NCBI GenBank assembly: GCA_051294375.1
Contig: CM119271.1
Location: 7,999,593 to 8,050,664 of the forward strand
DNA length: 51,072 nt
DNA from: Paraspadella gotoi
Lineage: Eukaryota; Animalia; Chaetognatha
Direction of reading: 5' to 3'
The number at the start of each line of letters is the position of its first letter. Positions within the stretch are counted from its first letter, which is position 1. Shown here piece by piece: positions 35,001 through 46,558 of this stretch. Position numbers and translations under genes: made by a program. The notes below the pieces were generated by a model, which was not told where the DNA came from, did no database searches, and saw nothing but the letters and a program-made list of their open reading frames with translations.

Positions 35001-36629
35001 AAAGTTAAAGTGCCAGGATTGACCAGTTTTAGTGTTTTTTTTTCGTTTTTTGGATCACGGTTGAAAACGGCGTGAATGATACACGACCGGTACAGGGTTT
35101 ATTTTGGTTTTTTCCGTGATTCGTGGAGTACGAGAGCGGTTCGTTCCGGCAATCGTCAGACGGCGCTTCGCAATTTCAGCAGAAGATCTGGTGAAAGCGG
35201 CACCTCCGGCGGTTTCGTGAACGTCGAGCGAACAAAGTTTGCTCTTATGAGGTCTGTTTTTTTGGGACAAAATTTGATTTTAGAATAGACAACCGTTTAG
35301 TTTATTATTACAGTTCACGCACGGTTTTTCTAAATTCATTATTGTGTAATCCCACTGTCTTCGTCTTCAAACATGATACTTGAAGTACAAATTAGCGCGT
35401 GGAATGAGGGTTGCGCCCGGTCAGTTGTGTCTTGCCGTCGTCACCCGTCTGTTCGCGTTCAACCGTTCGTGCGAAGCAGTTTTTTGTCAGTTTTTTTGCA
35501 GTATTTTTTCAAGGTATGTTTGAGGGAATTAGCAAGTAAGTTCTGGGCGGCATTTTGTTGGCATACTTCAAGCATTTTAAATATTACGTTCCCTTTTCTT
35601 TTCTTCCGCTGCGACCAGGATATCTTTAGATTGTTATTTCTGGACATGCTCGGTATTTGGTATGCTTTGACATAGCCAAAAAGCGGGGGGGTGTTACGAA
35701 ATAACTATCTCTAATTTTCGAGTAAATCCAGCTTCTCTGGCCTTTTCCGTTGCTCTTTGCTCTTTTATTACTGACATCGAAAAATGCACCGTTCTAGGCG
35801 ATCGACAAAGACATCTTTAGGCTTTCTTTTTGTTTATACCTAAGTACAGTGATTCGAAGGCAGTGTACAGCTGATCTCTGATTGGTGCCGTGATTTCGAT
35901 AGATTTGATTAAGATTCTTAATCGAATCTATCCACGTGGCATCTTCAGATCTCAAAGTGTCACTGGTTTTTAGTTCTTTCTTTTCAACGAGCATAGAAAC
36001 TTTATTCAGATATCTTCGGATCTTATTTTTTGTGTGATCGCTGGTTTGGTGGACTTTTCTATGAAGAGACAAGCATTCTTTTTGGTTTATTTATTGGCTT
36101 CAAGAAAACAAGTAAAAAGACACTTTAAATTTATCTATATTTGCTGAGTTTGTGATAAATGTTTTGTTATTCTTTGCCCAGGACTTCTAACAAGCATCAG
36201 ACTACTTCAGACTTACTCGGACATTTCGTCAAGTCCTGGGCTTCGGTAGAATCGTCGTCTTTCGGCTTAGCCGACGTCATCTTAACGAGACTTTGCTCGT
36301 CATCACATCTCAGGGCGTCTTGACCGGCGCCAATCGTCTCTTCTGCGCCATTTTATACCGCGATTCCATCTGGGTCTTCAATGCGCAGAAGTATAGTCCA
36401 GTCAGTTAGAATTCAAGACGCCACTTCTCCGACTTAAGTCCAATACAATCGTATTTTTTATTATTTATTATTTTTTAATTTATTTTTTAAAAAAAATCGG
36501 AATTCGTTAAAACGGAAATCATCGAATAGAGAAAATATAATCATATTGAACTTTCAAAATGTCATTTTAATCAATACGCAAGCTGCTTTGGTTGGGGACA
36601 AGGGGTGTTGTGAGACATAAACATCTTGG
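29054..36629. other. Compositionally distinct block: microsatellite-free, T-rich on + strand, many local inverted repeats; probable decayed mobile or viral element
   Basis: Lacks the long (GA)n and (GAC)n tracts that fill the rest of the window, is bounded by gaps on both sides, and alternates GC-rich islands with T-rich spacers. Confidence 0.55.
29690..30057 (+). pseudogene. Possible decayed gag-like/ORF1 fragment of a non-LTR retrotransposon
   Basis: Across frameshifts reads GVKVARRAKRLVISAASEEDARTSK ... VMIISGIGTVAERKEFLPGI ... RDVVEFHLRRPLSVCLV. By eye this resembles the pre-zinc-knuckle region of R1/LOA-type ORF1. No CCHC knuckle is visible. Confidence 0.25.
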
Positions 36630-37554
36630 NNNNNNNNNNNNNNNNNNNNNNNNNNNNNNNNNNNNNNNNNNNNNNNNNNNNNNNNNNNNNNNNNNNNNNN
36701 NNNNNNNNNNNNNNNNNNNNNNNNNNNNNNNNNNNNNTTTCTTGAATAAGTGAATTAACGAATCGACGGAGGATGTGAAGAGTTAAAGATGTGAAGATGT
36801 GAAGACGTCACATTCGATCGAAGAGAAAAAGTCAATGAAAAACCTTTTCGACCGGAAACGACGAAAGTTTTCCGCTTGATGTCGTTAACATCGGTGAAGA
36901 GTATGAAGACGACGACGACGATGACGATGACGAAAACGACGACGACGATGACGAAAACGACGACGTCGACGACGAGAAAGACGATGATGATGACAAAGAG
37001 GACGGCGATGACGACGNNNNNNNNNNNNNNNNNNNNNNNNNTGAGAAAGTACGATGATGTCAGTTGACAAATAGAGGACGCGCGATGACGACGATGACGA
37101 CGACGACGATGATACTCGATGAAAATACTGAGTAGTGAGACAGGTGTCGACGATGAAGCAACCGCAAGAAAGACGACCATGATTATGGGGGTATCGACCA
37201 AATCATTAGGCAGTCTGGCAGCTCCCCCGAAGCAGAAGTTAAAGAAAGAAAATGCAAGGCAGATGAAGACAGAGGACAAACGCCCGTGATGGAAGGAGAC
37301 GTAAGAACGGAACTATTTAAGTTTCAGATTACAATAAAGAGAGAAACGACGTACGACGATGAACGAAAACGACAAGTCGACGGACGACCAGAAAAGACGT
37401 ATGATGAGTGTCGACAGAGAAGACCTGGCGATTGACGACGATGCTCGAAAACGACAATGACTGAGAATACGAACAGATGACGATGAGCGATGAGAAAACT
37501 CGACGACGTTCAGACTCGTACCTATTTGCCGCCCGCAAGGAAACTCGTATGCAT

Positions 37555-38028
37555 GATGATGAGAAGACGGCGATGACGACGACGACGATTGACGACGATT
37601 TCCGACGCACGCACAATGTACTACCCTCGTGTAGACAGGATGATGATGACAAAGACGATGTCGAATATAATGACATGACAAGACGAAGTCTTTGCCTTTT
37701 TTTCATTCGAAAAGACGTGATAACGCGGACTGAAAAAATATAGACGTGAATAGACCAGCTATATGAATCTCATTTTTATTGTCACTCAAATATAAACCCA
37801 TCATGAACCGAACCACGAATCATACAAGTTGAAAAAGCTCGATAAGACGACATGAGTGCCAATGATATGTGAAAACACACTCTCGAAGACGATAACGATG
37901 ACGACGATGATCGAAAAAAGACAATTACGTAATTATATCACAATCACACTTATCAAATAGAGCTCTAAGCCAATCCTTTTCCTCTCTCATACTCAATCCT
38001 ACTCTACTCATTGCGTAACATACTCCTC

Positions 38029-38061
<33 letters not shown>

Positions 38062-41000
38062 TCCAGGATCACAGAAAGACTCGCACCGCGATGGTTTGTC
38101 TCCCAATTCCAACTTCGGGCGTAGAGACTCTCGATGACGGCTACGACCTTAAAACCTTCCTCGCTTCGAATTGTCTGTCCCGAAACTTAATCTCCAAATC
38201 CTTTTGTTTCTCGACGCCATTGTTCAATTCGCGAGACTGACTTTTCCTTGAATTTATCGACTTCGCCTTCGCGACGACAACGAACGGCGTTTTAGTTGAG
38301 GTTTAGTTTGTTGTTGTTGTCGTCGTTGTTGTTGTCCGGTAGAATATTTGATCTCGCTTTGACTCTTTGACTGGAATTCGAACTATTAAACAAAAAGAGA
38401 CAGAGAGACAGAGGATGAGAATTCTGCTGTTCTCCTGACGGCTCCGAGACCTCCTGTGCGAATGTCTCAATACTGGCACGGACGGAACGCCGTTGTCGGG
38501 GCGGCTGCGTATGGCAGCGCATCCCAGAGCGCGGGCGTGCCGTGGAGACTCTGGCTAGGCCGGCAGGTCGATCCGCGTTCTCGTGATCGTGTCACCGTAC
38601 AGCTCTCGGTGCTCTGCGAGCGGCGTTCTAAAGGATTTCCGTAGAGAAAAATAATAAACGAGAACGAGATCACAGAAAAAACCGAAAACAAAAACAAAGT
38701 GAACCAGAACCGGAAGAGGATTTCACGTCGCAGTTCTTAAAACGAGCGGAACTGCCACCTCACCGTGCGGGCGCTAAACGACTTCAGCTGTGCCCCCCAT
38801 CGTCGTCGATCATGGCGACGAAAAATATCGATATGGCCGACTTCGTTGTGCGCCGACAGAAAAGAAGACTGATATCTCTTTGACGAATCAAAAAGGGATG
38901 GAGCGTGCAGCCCAGAACACAGCTGGACGGAGGAAGACTTCGATAACCTCATCGATGGATGATCCGGCAGCCCGGGTGCCGATAAAGAATACTAGAAAAA
39001 AAAAGCGAGAATGTTGAGGTCCGACGAGTGAACGAAACGCGCCGACGACTTCAAAATCTCTTCTGCTTAAGACGATGATGATGACGAAGAGGACGGCGAT
39101 GACGACGACGACGATGACGACGATACCGACGACCACAATGTCTACTTGGAGAAGGATGATGATGACAAAGACGATGTCGAATATAATGACGATGACGACC
39201 AAATCAATGAAAATGACAGGGAAATGACGACGACGACGACGACGAAAACGACGACAAAGACGAAGTCTTTAGCGTTTTTTTTTTCATCAACAGACGAACG
39301 CGACGAAAAAAAATGAAGAATTAGAATCTCATTTTTTCTTGGCTCAAAAAAAATGAGAACCTCGAATTCATTCGGAGATGACGATGATGATGATGATGAC
39401 AACGAAACGATAACGATAGACGACGATGACGAAAATTGACAATCGATCGATCATCACGAGCAACATTCTTCTCTTCTCTCTCGTCTCCTCTCTACTCTCA
39501 TCTCTCCTCCATCTCTCTTCTCCTCTTCTCTCTCCTCATCGCCTCTTCTCTCTCTCTGCTCATCCAGAAAACTCACCCGTGGTTTGTTCCAATTCCAAGG
39601 GCGAAGACGATGACGACGACTAAAACCTTCCTCGCTTCCGATTGGTCGAATTTAATTCCAAATCCTTTTGTTCTCGACGCCGATTGGTCAATTCCGCGAA
39701 GACGACTTTTCCTTGATTGATCGACTTCGCCTCGCGACGACAACGACGGCGTTTTTAGTTGAGGTTTAGTTGTTGTTGTTGTCGTCGTTGTTGTTGTAGT
39801 AGAATATCCTTGATCTTGACTGGAATTGTTTACAAACAAACGGATGGAATTTCGTTTCGACGCTCGAGACCCGGATGTCGACAACAGCAGCGGCGCCGGC
39901 GGCTGCGTAGGCAGCGATCCCGGCGGCGTCGGCTGCGGAGGCGGCGGCGTCGCGTCCGTCATTCCCGTCGGCGTCATCGAGCGGCGTCGAAAGGATTCCG
40001 TAGAGAACCGGCGTTCCTCAGACGCGAAAATCTGAAGGGGGCGCTCGTCTCGCGGGAAACGAGCGCGACGCCGGGAGACGCGAAAGCAGCGCCATCTCTC
40101 GTGACGACGATGACGAAAACGACGAAATGACGGATGACGAAAACGACGACGTGCCGATACAGAAAGACGATATGATGACGAAGAAGAACGGACTGGACGC
40201 AGACGCCCGATGAACGAACCGAACCGGGACGACCACAATGTCTACTGGAGAAGGAGAGATGCTGACAAAGACCGTTGTCGAATATAATGACGATGACGAC
40301 AAATACAATGAAAATGACAGCGAAAATGACGCGACGACGAGACGACACCCGACGAACGACGACAAAGACGAGTCTTTAGCGTTGTTTTTCATCAAAAGAC
40401 GACGGCCGACCGAAAAAAACGAAGAATTAGGAATCTCATTTTTTCTTGACTCAAAAGAAAATGAGAACACCGAATATTCGAGAGATGACGATGATGATGA
40501 TGATAAACGAAACGATAACGATGAGACGACGATGACGAAAATGACAATCGATCGATCTCACGAAGCAACATCTTCTCTCTCTCTCTCTCTCCTCTCTCTC
40601 TCGTCTGCTCTCTCCATCTCTCATTCTCCTCGTCTCTCTCACTGCTCTCTCTCTCTCTCTCTCTCAGTCAGAAAACTCACACCGTGTTGTTTCCAAATTC
40701 ACAGGGCGACAGACGATGACACGACGACTAAAACCTTTCTCGCTTCGATTGGTCGAATTATGATTCCAAAGCCTTTTGTTTACTGACGCCGTTGTGTCCA
40801 ATCCGCGAAGACGACTTTTCTTGATTGGATCGGACTTCGCCTCGGACCGTACACGACGGCGTTTTTAGTTGAGGTTTAGTTGTTGTTGTTGTTCGTCGTT
40901 GTTGTATGTAGTAGAATATCCCTTGATTCTTATGGAATTGTTTTACAAACAACGATAGGAATTCTCGTCTTCGACGCATCGAGACCGGCGGATGTCGACA

Positions 41001-41225
41001 ACAGCAAGCGGCCGCCGCGCGGAGCGTAGGACAGCGCTTCCCGGCGACGTCGGCTCGGGAAGTGCGAGCAGGACGTCGCGTCGTCATTCCCACGTGCGGC
41101 GTCATCGAGCGGCGTCGAAAGGATCGTGAGAACCGGCGTTCGTCAGACGCGAAAAGTCTGAAGGGGGCGCTCGTACTGCGCCGGAACGACGCGACGCCGG
41201 AGACGCGAAAGCAGCGCATCTCTCG
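37555..41225. repeat. ~1.1-kb unit in three direct copies (~37555-38645, ~39070-40100, ~40103-41225) plus a fragment at ~36900-37016
   Basis: Anchors in all three copies: tgtcgaatataatgac (~37659/39175/40276), taaaacctt.ctcgcttc (38150/39621/40729), ggcgtttttagttgaggtttagtt (38286/39748/40858). Copy 1 is the noisiest. Confidence 0.92.
39577..39977 (-). CDS. Candidate coding exon: Pro/Ser/Thr-rich N-terminus ending in a hydrophobic signal-anchor-like segment
   Basis: Open frame MTPTGMTDATPPPPQPTPPGSLPTQPP...FDQSEARKVLVVVIVFALGIGTNH ends exactly at a GTGAGT donor (+ strand actcac 39571-39576). An in-frame acceptor-like ccccttcag lies just upstream of 40031. The other two copies are frameshifted. 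No family recognised. Confidence 0.4.
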
Positions 41226-41272
41226 TCGAAGGATTCGGCGCGCCGAGGAGGGAGAGGGAGAGGCGGCGAGAG

Positions 41273-41321
<49 letters not shown>

Positions 41322-42431
41322 GGAGAGAGGAGAGAGGACAGAGACTGAGTTTGTCTCTGAAGTCGTTCTCTATCTTCACTGACTTTTTTTCTCTTCTCTC
41401 GTTANNNNNNNNNNNNNNNNNNNNNNNNNTTTTTTTTTAAATTTTAAATTTTAAATTTTTAAAATTTTGTTTATTTTGTTTTAATTAAATTTCGTTGTTC
41501 ACTATTTCTATTTATACTGTTTATATTTTCTTCTCGTTCGTCGGGTTGGTGAAGATGTTCGATGTATCCTTTGGTATTTATCCTGCGTTGTTGTGATTTT
41601 ATTTGTTTTTAAAAATTATTTTTGCTTTTTATTTTTTACTTTAATCGAACTTCGATTTCTTTTATTCATTTTTTTGCGACGTTCCGACGGCAATTTTTTT
41701 GTCGTTGTTGTTAATTTGTTGTTGTTATTATTCCAGTATCGCTGATTCCTCCTATCTTCGATCGTTTTCTTCTTTTGTCACGAAATCTAAATCAAGAGAT
41801 AATAAAAATAAACATTAAGTATTCAAATCGGATTATCTCTCCGCCAGAGCGGCGTCGCGTGAGACGAGAAACTGACGCACGAGATGGCGTCACACGAAGA
41901 CGTCTCATCTCATGGATCGAACGAGACGCTAGAGGAGGTTCGAAGTAATGAGATGTTGTTACTGTTGTCGTTGTTATCGTCGTCGTCGGCTTTGGACGCA
42001 AGAAGACATTTTCGGCAAAAGTAACGACGAAAATGTTGAAATCACGTCAAAAACTTTAGTGAAAATATGACGGTGAAAAGGGGAAATAACAATATCATAT
42101 ATTTGACCAAGAGACTAAACGAATTTTTTTTGAAATATAAGAATAAAAACCTCTGTAGTTTGTAGATGATTCCAGCTGTGACGAAGATAAAAAAGTTAAA
42201 AATGTCTATGTTGACGTCTCAAATGAAATAGTACTTTTATAGGCTCAAGGCAATACTATATTGTAGGCTATTGACTATACTTATACATTTGCAACACCGA
42301 CGAAGACAACGTAACGTATCTTCATCGTTCTTTTTAATCGCGGGTGGTAAACAAACTTATTCGAGGTCGAGATGCGTAGTAATCGCTTTAGATTAAAGAA
42401 GAACTTAAAACCATTCAGAGTTGGATCTTGG

Positions 42432-42438
42432 CGTCGTT

Positions 42439-42500
<62 letters not shown>
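42432..42500. repeat. (CGT)n microsatellite
   Basis: Near-perfect run. Similar runs at ~27466-27519 and ~46529-46557. Confidence 0.97.
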
Positions 42501-42501
<1 letters not shown>

Positions 42502-43350
42502 TATGTCGACGAATGGTAGACGTTGTATTCCTCTTTAACTTTATTTGGTGCTTCCAAGTCTCGTTCGTAAGTTTGTTTGTAATATTTGGTTTTCTTTTGT
42601 AGCGATTTGGCGATGATTTAGGCAGAAAGAAGACATTTTATACACATTCTTTTTATTCTTTTTTTTCTTCTTTATGTTTTCTTTGTATTTATAAAGTAAA
42701 TGATACTTAAAAAAGCATCGTCCACAATTTGGAATTTGTGATTTTCTTATGGCTAGCATTATTTATTACAAATGCTTTATTTGCTGCTTGTATAAAAAAT
42801 AAATAAATAAAAAATAAAATTAAAAAAAAGAGATAAAAAAAACAAAGAGAAAGAATCAAAGTCGCTTTTCTGTTTCTTAATTGACTTCTGTTTTTTTTTG
42901 TTTTTTTTTATCTTTCTTTATTCCTCCGAATAAAAAAAAGAAAAAAAAAGAAGGAAAAAGAAAGAATCGGCATTTTCTCGGTTCCGAAGGGCGGAAGGTT
43001 AACCCTTTTAGCTTTTCTTCCTCCTTTTTTCTTTTATTTTTTCCCTTCTTTTTTTTTTATCTATTTTAGCATTCTTTCATTTCTTTTCTTTCCTTCTTTT
43101 ACTTGTCCTCTTTTCGTTCGTTTGATTTCTTACTTCCTTTTCTCTTATTTCTTTATTTGCTTTGTATAGTATCTCTCTTTTGTTTGTTTGTTTTTTTGAT
43201 TTTTTTTCATTCTTTTCATCTTTCTTTGTTTACTTTCTTTAATTTATTCTTTCATGTCTTTCTTTATTTCCTTCTTCGCTTCCTTATTTCTTTCTTTTCT
43301 CTTCCCCCCCCTCAAATTTTTCTCTTTCATTTCCTCCTTATCTTCCCAAG

Positions 43351-43483
43351 ACCCACGCCACTTTGTCATTCACGCTGACAAAAAAGACGTGAACGTGTCA
43401 CAATCGCGATCGTTCACAGGCGTCGAGGAGACGCGACTTCACACGGTCCTTCTGTACTCACGAAGACGAAAAAAATTGTGAAG
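43351..43483 (+). pseudogene. Possible decayed LDL-receptor class A module exon
   Basis: A long pyrimidine tract and AG precede 43351, and GTTAGG follows 43483. The 3' part reads TCHNRDRSQASRRRDFTRSFCTHEDEKNCE; two Arg codons (CGT, CGC) sit where LDLa has Cys (TGT, TGC). Needs one frameshift. Confidence 0.3.
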
Positions 43484-45489
43484 GTTAGGAAAAGGAGCTG
43501 AGCGTGAACGGATTCGACGTGAAAAACTGAAAAACTAAAGAACCTTTCCTTTATCTTCACGGTTGAGTGAGTCTTCGACCCCAGGTATTCACAAAATTGC
43601 GCCACTTGAAAGTTTGCACAGATGACATTATCCGAAGGAGACCATCTACCAAGATTAGTCACCAATTCTATCGGTAAGCTTTCACGAAGCTTCATTCACG
43701 ATTCTATGTATTTTCGGAATTTTTTCTAGAAATTATGCATTTTTTCCATTTCGACGTCAATTTTAAACTTTATTATTTGATCATTTGCTTTTAATTTTAC
43801 GATTATGGAATCAGGGTTTTAGTAAGAGTTAGTTTTGGAGTTATCTCCATTTAACAAAATAAAACCTTCGATGTATTTTTGTGTGTTAATGCCGACGATA
43901 AAAGTTGTTTATTCTTGGATTTTTTTTATTTCAACTTTCTTAGTATTCCAGTACTAATATGGAGCTTATAAACAAAGTATGTATACGTATATTTTTTAAA
44001 CAAAAATTGTACAACCTGACGATATCAATATCAATGCATATAACAGTTAAAAAAAAAATATAACTCACATCCTTGCCGACACTCATCCTTCCCCAGCACA
44101 CCCCAGCACACCCCAGCACCTTCCTCTTTTCTTCAGCGACACTTCTGGAATTCCAGAACAAAAACCTTCCCACCTTTTTTTACTTAAGGAAGGTCAACTC
44201 GGAGTTCGCGCCGGAAAAGAGAAGGTAACATCGCTGACCCTCGGTTATACTGGAAAGGTTTGGAAGGAGGAAAAAGAAAAGGAAGGGAAAAAAAGTCAGA
44301 GAAAGAGAGAGACACAAAGAGAAAGAAAAAAAAGAAAGACCGCTATAAACACGAACAAACATATCATTTACATATTGCAGTAATGCGAATGCGTGTTCTC
44401 ACTAATTATCAAAGTTGTATAAATTTTTCTGGGAATTAACAAAAATCAAATAATTTTTTTTTCCTTTACCGAAAATATTTAGCAAACTAACAGGATAACT
44501 AACCGTTAGGTGTATAATTTGTAATCGTTGTTAAATATATCTGATGATTTTACCATCTCTTGAGAGACCAATTTATTGATTCGTCATCGAAAGGAGGAAA
44601 AATCTGTGCTTCGCTCGTAGATCTTTTTAAGTCCAATGTTAATTTGGGACATCTCTGTTCTTGTCATTGTCATTGACTTTTTAATTTAAAAAAAAAAAGA
44701 AACAAATATTATGGTTTTACTGAGTTCATACTGAAACCGAGTATTGAATTGGAAAACTTTCGGCGGCCTTCTTATATTGAACAGTCATTAATCTCTTGTT
44801 TCCCATTGGCCATTTAAGTAATCAAAGAAACTTCCCTCCCTTCCTTTTCAGCGCATCGACGCTGCCGCGTCACCTGCGCCACCCGCAGCAGCTTCTACTT
44901 AGGCGGCGCCTCGTGATAAAAACATCGTCACTGCGTCAGAAAGGCAAAATGCAACCAGTCGCCGCTTTTTTTCTTTTTTTTTAAACTGTTCCTTTTTGGC
45001 AACGGAATCGAGAAAAGCCAAATAAAGAACGCCGCCGATGATAAATACGAGACCGCAGCCGCCAATGTCTAATCCGCTACGCCACAACCAGCCTCCCACG
45101 CTACCGCCACCGCCGGCAACGCTCCCAGTATCCTCGTTGCTTAGAATTCGCGCCAAAGGAGCCGTCAGCGTCAGCGCCATAATAAATGTCCGTAACCATG
45201 GCAACCGCACCATAGCGATGGAACTTGCGATTCCGAAAAGGAAAAAAAAAACTTTCGGCTTTCCGGATTTTTGTTTTTCTTTATCCGCCAAAAGATGGGG
45301 TGGTAGGTGGATCGGGCGCAAAGTGGGCTTAAGATGTCTGGCCGTAATTTTTACCCCCCTCTGGCAACCATGGAAACGAGGAAACATGGCTTGGAGTATC
45401 GGTACGCCTCTAGAGCGCTTAGCGGATTTCCTCTCGACTAACTTCATGATAGCTACCGGATTTCGATTTTATAGCAGAAACACCTCGTA

Positions 45490-45745
45490 GCAATTATGAA
45501 CGGATTGCTTTACTCCATAAGCTAACGAGCCAATATGGCAACGGGGGGACATGTGTGATGCCCGGGGTGTGAGGCATCTCCCGACAGCTGGCGTTCAGGG
45601 CTTTGGACCCGCAGTGACCACCCCATGTCACTGGCGTGTTTATGCCGACACCCTCACACTTTAACCAGCGTGACTGTGAGGGGATTGAACCCGGAACTCA
45701 CCAAGCTATACGGGAGGCGAATTTAGGATTCGCCACACCAATTCA
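45490..45745 (-). mobile_element. tRNA-derived SINE-like element with hairpin-rich body
   Basis: Minus strand has an A-box-like tggtgtggcga (45740-45730) and B-box ggttcaatccc (45691-45681), then gtgtcggca as in the 19.5-kb element, and several short inverted repeats. The 3' boundary is uncertain. Confidence 0.5.
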
Positions 45746-46094
45746 ATTAGGTCACGACTTAAGGAACCAAGTCAGTCTCGGTGATATAACGTTACAACAA
45801 GGCAATGCTGACATCGCTGTCCCCTCCTGAATGGTACCAAGCAGTTCAAACGCCAAACGCCATTCTCGTAGAGACAATTTCCGTTCCATTACCATCATCA
45901 CCATTCACCAATAACCATATGTACCGTCTATCTCTTTTAGCAACTATCCGCAACACTCCACCCCGCAGCCGCCGCTTCAGCCGCAGCCACCGCCGCAACT
46001 AATCAAATCCGTGGCAACAGCTTCCTTCAGATTCTGGTGCCAGACGGAAGAGACTTCATTTTCGGAATAAAATGAAGCGTGGAACCAAAAACAA

Positions 46095-46175
46095 GGAGGA
46101 TGAGGACGACGACGACGACGACGACGACGAGGAGGAAGAAGAAGAGGAGGAAGATGAAGAGGAAGACGACGATGA
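46095..46175. repeat. Compound GAC/GAG/GAA trinucleotide repeat
   Basis: gacgacgac...gaggaggaagaagaagaggaggaagatgaagag read directly. Confidence 0.9.
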
Positions 46176-46527
46176 GTTCAATAATGATAAAAGAAAAGGA
46201 TGACGATCGCCTTTAGTAATCAATGTTTGGAACGATTTTCACGATGACAATAGTGCGATAATGATATAAATATGACGTAAATATCCCTACGATAAACTAT
46301 GTGAGTGCAAAGCGGTTAGTTCGAATAATCGAATAAAGATCCGTCGGGTTAACAACGATAAAAAGGTTAAAAATGTTATAAAAATGTTATAACTAGTGAG
46401 GGAAGGGCAAACGAAAGTTGATTTGGGTGGTGAGTGGTGAAGCTTTAATCTAAGCACGATAAAAACAGAATGGACGTTTGGGCAACAAGACCAACGAGCG
46501 TGACCTGATTTCCTCCATTTGACATTC

Positions 46528-46558
<31 letters not shown>

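Noticed and set aside
35794-36072. 92-aa minus ORF as a LINE reverse transcriptase fragment (ITVLRYKQK)
   Set aside because: No following NYRPI, QxGF, or YADD motif found.
29054-36629. NUMT or rRNA gene explanation for the T-skewed block
   Set aside because: No recognisable mitochondrial protein, tRNA, or conserved rRNA motif on either strand by eye.
40081-40105. Missed SMRTbell adapter at the repeat junction (atctctc)
   Set aside because: atctctc is part of the unit (also at ~41218), and the copies are direct rather than inverted.
44541-44595. ctgatga ... gaaa as a hammerhead
   Set aside because: The gatga/tcatc pairing sequesters the core, and no stem I or III can be formed.
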